Below are positions 1 through 7,857 of a DNA stretch of 30,041 nucleotides, in pieces (the stretch's first letter is position 1; the number at the start of each line of letters is the position of its first letter). The notes beneath the pieces are model-generated. The model was not told the DNA's origin. It ran no database searches and worked only from the letters and a program-made list of their open reading frames with translations. Made by a program: the position numbers and the translations under genes. This DNA is from Sulfurimonadaceae bacterium (GTDB lineage: Bacteria; Campylobacterota; Campylobacteria; Campylobacterales; Sulfurimonadaceae), in contig JBFFDB010000001.1 in the NCBI GenBank assembly GCA_041559595.1, forward strand, positions 1 through 30,041. The letters run 5' to 3'.

Positions 1-738
1 ATGGCAGGTATTAATGCATCTTTGGCAAACCAAGGAAAAGAACCTTTTATCCTACGACGTGATGAGGCCTATATCGGCGTTATGATAGATGACCTTGTGA
101 CAAAGGGTACAAAAGAACCTTACCGAATGTTTACATCACGTGCCGAGTATAGACTTCTTTTACGTGAAGAATCAGCGGATTTACGTTTGAGTGGATATGG
201 GCATGAACTTGGTCTTATTAGTGATGAGGTTAAGGCTGCAGTCGACTTGAAAAAAGCACAGATAGATGAGGGTGTCAAGTATCTAAATGAGACGGAATGT
301 ACACCTAATAAAGAGTTTCTTGAATTCTTAGAAAGTATAGATGAACTTCACATTACGGATAAAACGCTTGCTATCAATATAGCTGCTAGAAAAAGCTTTA
401 CCCTAGAAAAACTTCTTAAACTTGAACCGCGTATTGGACAGTTTGACGAGTATGTACAAAATCAGATCATGATCGATGCAAAATATGCACGCTATATTGA
501 GAAACAACTTCAAGATATTAATAAGATGAAAAAACAGTTAAAGATGAAGATACCTGAAGGCTTTGACTTTAAAATTGTGAAGGGTCTAAGTAATGAGATG
601 GTTGAAAAGTTTGAAAAGTTCAATCCGCCAACACTTCAAGCTGCTTCTCAGATCTCAGGTGTAACCCCAGCGGCAATTGAGATCTTACAGATATATATCA
701 AGATGGATGCAAAAAACAAAAAAAGTGACTCTGTTTAG
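1..738 (+). CDS. mnmG: tRNA uridine-5-carboxymethylaminomethyl(34) synthesis enzyme MnmG (GidA), C-terminal part; gene begins upstream of the window
   Basis: Hallmark C-terminal motifs [38 protein letters not shown] and [13 protein letters not shown]. The Met at position 1 is internal. Confidence 0.97.
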   Translation: MAGINASLANQGKEPFILRRDEAYIGVMIDDLVTKGTKEPYRMFTSRAEYRLLLREESADLRLSGYGHELGLISDEVKAAVDLKKAQIDEGVKYLNETECTPNKEFLEFLESIDELHITDKTLAINIAARKSFTLEKLLKLEPRIGQFDEYVQNQIMIDAKYARYIEKQLQDINKMKKQLKMKIPEGFDFKIVKGLSNEMVEKFEKFNPPTLQAASQISGVTPAAIEILQIYIKMDAKNKKSDSV

Positions 739-740
739 CA

Positions 741-783
741 CTAGGAGATAAAGACCTAGGAACATAGGGTTGTTTGATAGCCC
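741..783. terminator. Two weak hairpins in the convergent mnmG/korB gap
   Basis: CTAGG(741-745)-N9-CCTAG(755-759), and GGGTTGT-TTG-ATAGCCC (767-783, two G-U pairs). No strong U-tract. Confidence 0.3.
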
Positions 784-806
784 AGTTGTAGAGGTTTGAA
801 TTGTTT

Positions 807-1823
807 TTATTTTATTTCCCAGGTCTCCCCAGAGTAAAGGAGCTTATTAAAGTCTCCATCTCCTTTTTTAGCCTTCACTTCAGTGATCTGCTCATTTACT
901 TGATCACTATAAATGACATCTTTAACCGAATATATAACACCGTACAGTTTAGGCATTTGAGGGTTGAGGTCCATTGCGACTAGCAGTGATGCAAGCACCT
1001 CATTTGTCTTATCATGAACAAGGCAGTCTGACTCCGTGTACTTGTCACCTAATTGAACGATTTTTAGTGTCAGGTTATCAAGGATTATTCCTTTTTTTAT
1101 CTCATCTCCAAAGATCATTGGTTCTTGATCTGTAAGCATAAGGGAATGCTCAGGTCGGCTTTTTTTATCGGTAAACTCAGCATGACAGCCATCATTGAAG
1201 ATAACGCAGTTTTGTAGTATCTCGATAAAAGATGTCCCTCTGTGTTCTTCTGCTTCAAGCATAATCTCTTGCATATGCTTGGAATCAGCATCCAAGGTAC
1301 GTGCGATAAAGGTCGCACTCGCTCCAAAAGCAAGCTTAGCAGGACTAAAGGGTCTATCTAAAGAGCCGTAAGGAGTGGACTTTGTGACCTTACCCTGTTT
1401 CGTTGTGGGAGAGTACTGTCCTTTCGTTAAACCATAAGTCTCGTTGTTAAACAAAACAATATTCATGTCAATATTTCTTCGAAGCGCATGAATAAGATGA
1501 TTGCCACCGATGGAAAGACTATCACCATCACCGGTGATAACCCAGACACTTAAATCTGGGTTGGCAGTCTTGACACCCGAAGCAACAGCAGTAGCTCTAC
1601 CGTGAATGGTGTGGTATCCATAGGTGTTTAGATAATAAGGAAAGCGTGAAGAACAACCAATTCCCGAGACAAAGACGATATCTTCTTTTTTTCTGCCAAT
1701 CTTGCTTAGGGCCGTTTGTATGGCTGAGAGGATGGCATAGTCTCCGCATCCTGGGCACCATTTTACTTCTTGATCACTGACAAAGTCTTTTTTTGTATAG
1801 TCTAGATTTTTATTTTCAGTCAT
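807..1823 (-). CDS. korB: 2-oxoacid:ferredoxin oxidoreductase beta subunit (TPP-binding, two-subunit KorB type)
   Basis: WCPGCG, SGIGCSSR, HTIHGRA, TPP motif GDGDSLSIGGNH...NN and YGLTKGQYSPT. AAGGAGG Shine-Dalgarno upstream; 8-nt overlap with the alpha gene. Confidence 0.93.
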   Translation of the reverse strand: MTENKNLDYTKKDFVSDQEVKWCPGCGDYAILSAIQTALSKIGRKKEDIVFVSGIGCSSRFPYYLNTYGYHTIHGRATAVASGVKTANPDLSVWVITGDGDSLSIGGNHLIHALRRNIDMNIVLFNNETYGLTKGQYSPTTKQGKVTKSTPYGSLDRPFSPAKLAFGASATFIARTLDADSKHMQEIMLEAEEHRGTSFIEILQNCVIFNDGCHAEFTDKKSRPEHSLMLTDQEPMIFGDEIKKGIILDNLTLKIVQLGDKYTESDCLVHDKTNEVLASLLVAMDLNPQMPKLYGVIYSVKDVIYSDQVNEQITEVKAKKGDGDFNKLLYSGETWEIK

Positions 1824-3672
1824 TATGAGCCTCCTTTAGTGCATTGCTAAAAGCTTCTTTAAGTTCTGATATTTTAAAAGGTAGTCCTTCAACCTTATTG
1901 TATGAAAGGGCATTACAATTAAATCTAGCATTAATAACATGCACCATCTGTCCCATATTGAGTTCAGGGACAATGACCTTTTTAAAGTTCTTGATGACAT
2001 CACTGACATTACGCGGCATGGGATTGATATAACGCAAGTGCATGAGAGAAACTTTTTTTCCCTCTTTTTGAAGTGCTCTTACTGCCATTTCAACAGAGCC
2101 ATATGTCCCACCCCATGAGATAACTAGAAGCTCACCACTTTCATCCCCTTCGACATCTTGCAAGGGGATGTTATCCGCTACTTTAGCTACCTTCTCTTGT
2201 CTGACAGTACACATCTTTTGGTGATTGGCAGGATCATACGATACATTACCCGTGTCATAATCCTTTTCCAGACCACCTATCCTGTGTTCCAGTCCAGCCA
2301 TTCCGGGAATAGCCCAGTCCCGTACAAGGGTTTGTGGATCTCTTTTTATCCAGCTCCAGTCTTGCGCTTGCTTTTGTTCTGGGTCCATCATCTTGTGTTT
2401 GATGTTAGCATAATGTGTATCGACGTCTGGAATCTTCCATGGCTCTGTACCATTGGCCACATATCCATCACTTAGAAGCATAACAGGTGTCATATGTTCA
2501 AGGGCTAAACGACTGGCTTCATAGGCCATATGAAAACAGTCATTAGGTCTGGATGCCGCGACAATGATAAGGGGAGAGTCGCCATTTCTTCCAAACAGGG
2601 CTTGGTAAAGGTCTGACTGTTCGGTCTTGGTCGGAAGCCCTGTAGAAGGACCTCCCCGCTGAACATTAACAATAACGAGTGGCATCTCATAACTAATAGC
2701 CAGTCCAATAGCTTCGCCTTTAAGCGCGATTCCCGGTCCGGATGAGGTCGTGATAGCCAGTGAACCGGTGAGTCCTGCACCGATGGAAGTACAAATAGCG
2801 GCTATTTCATCTTCGGCTTGAAATGTCTTAACACCAAACTCTTTGTATTTTGATAGTTCGTGTAGGATGTCTGAAGCAGGAGTAATGGGATAGCTTCCCA
2901 GAAATAATGGAAGCTTGGCCGCTTGTGCTGCTCTGATAAATCCCCATGCTGTAGAGGTATTGCCATTGATCTGTCTGTATTTCCCCGGCTCGACCTTTGC
3001 GCTGGAGACTTTGTAGGTAGAGACAACTGCTTCAAGTGTTTCAGCAAAGTTTGCACCGGCCTTCATCGCTGTTTCATTGGCTTTTTTCAGTTCTGGATTA
3101 TCGCTAAACTTTAGGTTGATCCAATTGAGAGTGGTCTGCATTTCTCTATGATACAAGAAGTAGGTCATCCCAAGTGCATAAAAGTTCTTGCACCGTTTTT
3201 TACTTTTTGTATCTAAATCAATTTCTTTCAATGCCTCTAGTGTCTGAGAATCAATAGGGACTTTAATCAGTTGATAACCATCAAGTTCATTAGTCTCAAG
3301 AGGGTTGATCTCATAACCAGCTTTTGCAATCTTATTCTCCGTAAAGGCATCAGTGTTAAGAAGGATAGTACCTCCCTTTTTAAGGTCTTTTAGATTGACT
3401 TTAAGTGCAGCAGGGTTAAAGGCGACAAGCATATCAGCTTCATCACCAGGGGTAAAGATCTCTTTCGAGCCAAAGTGAAGCTGAAATCCAGATACACCGG
3501 CAATGGTTCCTTGAGGTGCCCTTATTTCCGCTGGGTAGTCAGGGAAGGTTGCAATGTCATTTCCCATGATTGCCGAGGTATTTGAAAACTGTGTTCCTGT
3601 CAGTTGCATTCCATCCCCAGAGTCACCTGAGAACCTAATAACGACACTATCGACTTCTGTTAGCTTGGACAT
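1816..3672 (-). CDS. korA: 2-oxoacid:ferredoxin oxidoreductase alpha subunit with fused N-terminal gamma domain (KorA type, 618 aa)
   Basis: N-terminal gamma domain GDSGDGMQLTG...YPAEIR, alpha domain YPITPAS, QAEDEIAA, TSSGPGIALKGE, QRGGPSTGLPTKTEQSD. GAGGTG SD at 3682-3677. Confidence 0.93.
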   Translation of the reverse strand: MSKLTEVDSVVIRFSGDSGDGMQLTGTQFSNTSAIMGNDIATFPDYPAEIRAPQGTIAGVSGFQLHFGSKEIFTPGDEADMLVAFNPAALKVNLKDLKKGGTILLNTDAFTENKIAKAGYEINPLETNELDGYQLIKVPIDSQTLEALKEIDLDTKSKKRCKNFYALGMTYFLYHREMQTTLNWINLKFSDNPELKKANETAMKAGANFAETLEAVVSTYKVSSAKVEPGKYRQINGNTSTAWGFIRAAQAAKLPLFLGSYPITPASDILHELSKYKEFGVKTFQAEDEIAAICTSIGAGLTGSLAITTSSGPGIALKGEAIGLAISYEMPLVIVNVQRGGPSTGLPTKTEQSDLYQALFGRNGDSPLIIVAASRPNDCFHMAYEASRLALEHMTPVMLLSDGYVANGTEPWKIPDVDTHYANIKHKMMDPEQKQAQDWSWIKRDPQTLVRDWAIPGMAGLEHRIGGLEKDYDTGNVSYDPANHQKMCTVRQEKVAKVADNIPLQDVEGDESGELLVISWGGTYGSVEMAVRALQKEGKKVSLMHLRYINPMPRNVSDVIKNFKKVIVPELNMGQMVHVINARFNCNALSYNKVEGLPFKISELKEAFSNALKEAHND

Positions 3673-4013
3673 GATTCACCTCATAGTGTTTGTCTTATGT
3701 AAACTATATGTAAATACATTTAAACTAACTATAGAACACAAGATTACTTCACATTTTTACTTTTTGTATAAATAAATAGTTAAATAATCTTAAGCAGTCA
3801 ATTAAAGGTACTTGACATCATTACAAGCTTCGCAAAAAAAATACTATATAAACAGAGTGATATCTTTGAAAAAACATTAAAATTAATTCTTATTTAACTC
3901 ATTATCAAGTATTATGAGTCAGTAAATTTTCATGCTGGTAATTAAAATTTTTATTTAAAATTAATAAATGTGTGATAAATTATTGGAACGTAACTTATAC
4001 AAAGTGAGAAATA

Positions 4014-4538
4014 ATGGAAAAATCAAGCAGACGTGGGTTTATGGGCAAGGCATTTGGTGCTGTTGCTGGTGTTGGGGCTGTAGGTTCTTTAGTCGCCATG
4101 AAGCAGTCTTGGGATCCACTACCAAGTGTAAAAGCAGCTGGTTTTACAGAGATTGATATCTCTTCTATAGAAGAAAATAAACTTGTTGTAGAAAAATGGC
4201 GTGGAAAACCTATCTTTGTGTTGAAAAAAACAGCAGAAATGGTTGCTGAACAAAGTGAGGAAGATCTTGCTCGTGACATTATTATCAATGGAAGTCATTT
4301 TATGATCACTATTGGACTATGTACTCACCTTGGTTGTATTCCAGCGTACAGAGAAGCTAAAAAAGATTTTCAATGTGCTTGTCACGGTGGAGAGTTCAAT
4401 GCTTCAGGCGTTCAGACAAAATCACCTCCTCCATCACCTCTAGTTATCCCTCCATTTAAGATCGCAGGTAATACAGTTCTTCTTGGTGAAGAAGGTCCAG
4501 AATATCAAAAAATGAAAGCTGACGGCGTCGTCGCTTAA
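4014..4538 (+). CDS. petA: Rieske iron-sulfur subunit of the (mena)quinol:cytochrome c reductase
   Basis: Tat signal SRRGFM; Rieske boxes CTHLGC and CACHGG. Confidence 0.96.
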   Translation: MEKSSRRGFMGKAFGAVAGVGAVGSLVAMKQSWDPLPSVKAAGFTEIDISSIEENKLVVEKWRGKPIFVLKKTAEMVAEQSEEDLARDIIINGSHFMITIGLCTHLGCIPAYREAKKDFQCACHGGEFNASGVQTKSPPPSPLVIPPFKIAGNTVLLGEEGPEYQKMKADGVVA

Positions 4539-4552
4539 GGGAAGGAGAATTT

Positions 4553-5767
4553 ATGGCACATTTTGAAAAAGCAACATCTGTTAAAGACTGGCTCAATCAG
4601 CGTTTAGCGATTGAAAAAGTCGAAAAAGTTATGGCATCTGAATATTGGATTCCTAAAAATATTAACTTTCTTTGGGCAATGGGGATGGTATTAGCCATCA
4701 CTTTTGGACTATTATTAGTTTCAGGTATTTTCTTACTTATGTATTATCAGCCAAACGTAGAAACAGCCTTTGATAGTGTAAACTATACGATCATGCAAGA
4801 AGTTGGTTTTGGTTGGCTGTGGAGACATATCCACGCAGTAGCCGCTTCAGTGGTCTTTCTTATTATCTATATCCACATGCTTACGGGTATTTATTATGGT
4901 TCTTATAAAAAGGGACGCGAGATGATTTGGATCTCGGGTATGCTTTTATTTGTTACCTTCTCTGCAGAGGCATTTTCTGGTTATATGCTTCCATGGGGTC
5001 AGATGTCTTACTGGGCCGGTATGGTAATCACTAATCTCTTCTCAGCTGGTTCTTTAGAACTTAACGGTGTAGTAGAGTGGATTCGTGGAGATTATGTTCC
5101 GGGTCAGGCTTTCTTAAACCGTTTCTTTATGCTTCATGTGCTTTTACTTCCATTAGCAATCATTGCGCTAATAGGTATTCACTTTGCAGCACTTCGTATT
5201 CCTCATGTTAATAACCAAGACGGTGAAGAGATTGACTTTGAAGTAGAGTCTAAAAAATATTTAGATGGCGATAAAGCAGGTTCAAAAGTTATCCGTTTTG
5301 CAAATGACTTTATGTCTAAGGACATGTTTGTTGTCTCTATCTTCTTGATGTTCTTTTTCTATCTGACATTTTGGAACTACGGTTTTGCAATGGATCCTGT
5401 AAACTTTGATCCGGCAGATGGCCTTGTAACACCAGCGCATATCTACCCTGAGTGGTATTTCTTATGGTCGTATGAGATCTTACGTCCATTCTCTAAAGAT
5501 CTTGGTCTAATAGCCTTTGCTATCGCTCAGGTTATCTTTTTTGCTCTTCCATTTATGGACAGAAGTCCAAATGTGGCTCCGGCTAATCGCCGTGGTCCTT
5601 TTGCTATCTGGTTTTGGATTATGGTAGTTGACCTTATTGTCTTAACAGCTATGGGTAAACTTCCTCCTGAAGGCGCTTGGAATACAATCGGTCTAGTCGC
5701 TGCATTAGTGTTCTTTGCTTTATGGATAGCACTTCCATTTATCACAAAATTTGAAAAAAAATTATAA
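4553..5767 (+). CDS. petB: Cytochrome b of the bc complex
   Basis: Heme His pairs (RHIHA...YIHM, MLHV...IHF), GYMLPWGQMSYW and the PEWY Qo motif. Confidence 0.97.
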   Translation: MAHFEKATSVKDWLNQRLAIEKVEKVMASEYWIPKNINFLWAMGMVLAITFGLLLVSGIFLLMYYQPNVETAFDSVNYTIMQEVGFGWLWRHIHAVAASVVFLIIYIHMLTGIYYGSYKKGREMIWISGMLLFVTFSAEAFSGYMLPWGQMSYWAGMVITNLFSAGSLELNGVVEWIRGDYVPGQAFLNRFFMLHVLLLPLAIIALIGIHFAALRIPHVNNQDGEEIDFEVESKKYLDGDKAGSKVIRFANDFMSKDMFVVSIFLMFFFYLTFWNYGFAMDPVNFDPADGLVTPAHIYPEWYFLWSYEILRPFSKDLGLIAFAIAQVIFFALPFMDRSPNVAPANRRGPFAIWFWIMVVDLIVLTAMGKLPPEGAWNTIGLVAALVFFALWIALPFITKFEKKL

Positions 5768-5777
5768 GGAACAATAG

Positions 5778-6836
5778 ATGAAAAAAGAACTGTTTATTTT
5801 AAGCGTTGTTGTTGCCTTTTCACTTCTAACATACTGGTTAGTTGAGCCTTTTGCTCATGGACAGATGCATCCACATGTAGAGATCGAAGGTTTCAAGTAC
5901 AGCGGTAGTTCAGACATTGCTGAAGTTGATAATAAGATTTCAAAGATCAGAAAAGATATTGAAGTTGAAAAAGTAAAAGAAAAACCTGATGCAAAGAAGC
6001 TTAGTATGTTGAATGCAGACATGCAAACGGCTGAAACTAGACGTGATGCTAAAAAAGTTTTCTGGGCAGACGTCGAACGTATCGCAGCACTTAAGGGTGA
6101 CCCAGTTGCAGGTGAAGCAGTATATGCAAACTGTTCAGGTTGTCACATGGAAGGTGCAGCTCCTATGGGTGGAGTTGTTCCACCACCGCTTAAGACAGCT
6201 GGTGCTTTATATGACCGTCATTATTTAATTGGTCTTATTAAAGACCCAGCAATGGCCTCAAATGTAGATCATAAGTTTTCAATCGTACGTAACCACCAGA
6301 TGGACTCTGTTAAGTATATGGTAACAACCGATAAAGATATTGTTGATGTTATCGCGTACATGGAGTCAGTTGCGCCTAAGCAAGAGGAGATTACTCCTGA
6401 GATAGCTTTTCAAGATGCATGTGGACGTTGTCACGATGTACGCTATAACAACTGGACGATAACGGGAACAAAACCGACTTTCAAAGACAGACGTGATGAG
6501 ATGGCCTTTGATATCAAACATCTTGATGCCCAAGAAGGTATTACAGGGTATATGGGGAAACTTCCTCCTGATTTGTCTATGTATATTCGTTCTCGTGGAG
6601 CACATTATATTGCTGCCTTTGTAGAAGATCCTCAACAACTTTTACTTGGAACATCTATGCCTCGTGTTGGTGTCAATGCAGCATCTGCTGAAAAAGTAAT
6701 TGCTTACTTGGAAGAAGCAGGTGATCCCAAGGCTGAAGAACGTAACAGAGTTGGAATGTATGTGATGATCTACATGATCTTCTTTGTTATTGTTGCCTTC
6801 CTTTGGAAAAAACAAATTTGGAGAGACCTCCACTAA
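5778..6836 (+). CDS. petC: Cytochrome c1 (diheme, Campylobacterota type)
   Basis: Two CxxCH motifs (CSGCH, CGRCH), PPDLS, SMPRVG and a C-terminal TM anchor ending WRDLH. Third gene of the pet operon. Confidence 0.94.
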   Translation: MKKELFILSVVVAFSLLTYWLVEPFAHGQMHPHVEIEGFKYSGSSDIAEVDNKISKIRKDIEVEKVKEKPDAKKLSMLNADMQTAETRRDAKKVFWADVERIAALKGDPVAGEAVYANCSGCHMEGAAPMGGVVPPPLKTAGALYDRHYLIGLIKDPAMASNVDHKFSIVRNHQMDSVKYMVTTDKDIVDVIAYMESVAPKQEEITPEIAFQDACGRCHDVRYNNWTITGTKPTFKDRRDEMAFDIKHLDAQEGITGYMGKLPPDLSMYIRSRGAHYIAAFVEDPQQLLLGTSMPRVGVNAASAEKVIAYLEEAGDPKAEERNRVGMYVMIYMIFFVIVAFLWKKQIWRDLH

Positions 6837-6837
6837 G

Positions 6838-6862
6838 AAAAGCCCCCTATACAGGGGTTTTT
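6838..6862 (+). terminator. Rho-independent terminator after petC
   Basis: AAAAGCCCC-CTATACA-GGGGTTTTT stem-loop ending in a T run, immediately after the stop codon. Confidence 0.8.
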
Positions 6863-6959
6863 ATCATTAAATTCTGACTTCTCTTTCTCCTTTTTATAAT
6901 ACTTTCTAATAACAAGTAACTTCTTATATCAAATTCCCCTCTTGGTGGATTTTTACTAT

Positions 6960-6985
6960 GTAATCAACTCGTAATCAATTATACT
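6960..6985 (+). promoter_or_regulatory. Putative -10 (TATACT, 6980-6985) preceded by a GTAATCAA direct repeat
   Basis: GTAATCAA at 6960-6967 and 6971-6978. AGGA RBS at 7011-7014 before the GTG start. Confidence 0.5.
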
Positions 6986-7017
6986 TACCCAATTAATATA
7001 CAGGGCGTGTAGGAATC

Positions 7018-7857
7018 GTGAAAATATCTTTTATCGAAGCAAGACATGAACTTGTAAACATTGTAAAAAACTATATTGTTATTGAGTCTTTAGAAGACTA
7101 TGAAAAGTTATGGATACTTCCTAACACGGGTAAACTCATTCTTTTTAATTCCGGTATAGATATATTTTTACATCAATATGATTCAAATGAAGATACACAT
7201 GCACTGCCTAAAGATCTTTCTATAGTCACCAAGGTCAACAATATTGTGCACCTTGGTATATGTGACGGGACACAATTACAGTTTCCTCTTCTTGGCGTTG
7301 AGTTGTCTCCAACCGCGTGTAATCACCTCTTTTCTTATGACAGTAGAATAAATGATGAAGGCTATATGTTTTTTGAAGATTGTTTAAAACCAACAGGTGT
7401 TAGTTTTGAAAAACTATATGAAATAGATGGTGTAGATGAACAGATCGCTTATATAGAAAATGGGCTTTTAAGCCTTAAAGAAAAAGCTTCTCCTCTTGAG
7501 AATAATTATGAAGTAATAGAAAGTATTATTGAGCATATTAATAAGAACATGCATAGGGTTAATGTCTCAGATATCTTGGAAAAATTTGAGTACAGCCGCA
7601 CCTCCTTAGAAAGAGATTTTAAAAAGATGACAGGGTATACAGCCAAAGAGTTTATCCAGATCATACGTTTTTGTGATATCTTCAAAGATCTGATTGTCAA
7701 TGGATATGATTATATGGAACTTGAACATGAGTTCTTTGATCAATCTCATATGAACAAAGCATTTAAAAAGTTTATCGACATTCCACCATCGAAGCTCCAA
7801 GCCTATATTAAAAACAATAATATAGAAATTTATCAATTACAAAAGACATATGAATAA
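7018..7857 (+). CDS. AraC-family transcriptional regulator (DUF6597-like N-terminus)
   Basis: C-terminal double HTH: SRTSLERDFKKMTGYTAKEFIQIIRF and FFDQSHMNKAFKKF. GTG start with RBS. Confidence 0.85.
   Translation: MKISFIEARHELVNIVKNYIVIESLEDYEKLWILPNTGKLILFNSGIDIFLHQYDSNEDTHALPKDLSIVTKVNNIVHLGICDGTQLQFPLLGVELSPTACNHLFSYDSRINDEGYMFFEDCLKPTGVSFEKLYEIDGVDEQIAYIENGLLSLKEKASPLENNYEVIESIIEHINKNMHRVNVSDILEKFEYSRTSLERDFKKMTGYTAKEFIQIIRFCDIFKDLIVNGYDYMELEHEFFDQSHMNKAFKKFIDIPPSKLQAYIKNNNIEIYQLQKTYE

Noticed and set aside
2158-3114. Short alternative-frame and antisense ORFs within korA (e.g. 2158-2475, 2505-2780, 2802-3056), and similar ones in petB, secD, secF, leuS and the GGDEF genes
   Set aside because: All are nested in well-supported genes, lack motifs and RBSs, and are expected shadow ORFs.
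3812-3847. TTGACA and TACTAT separated by an A8 run as a phase-variable petA promoter
   Set aside because: The spacing is 24 nt, far from 17, and short A runs are common in this AT-rich spacer.
6848-7005. 9-bp direct repeat TATACAGGG at 6848-6856 and 6997-7005 as a possible target-site duplication
   Set aside because: It brackets only about 140 bp of promoter DNA with no terminal inverted repeats or transposase; compatible with chance.
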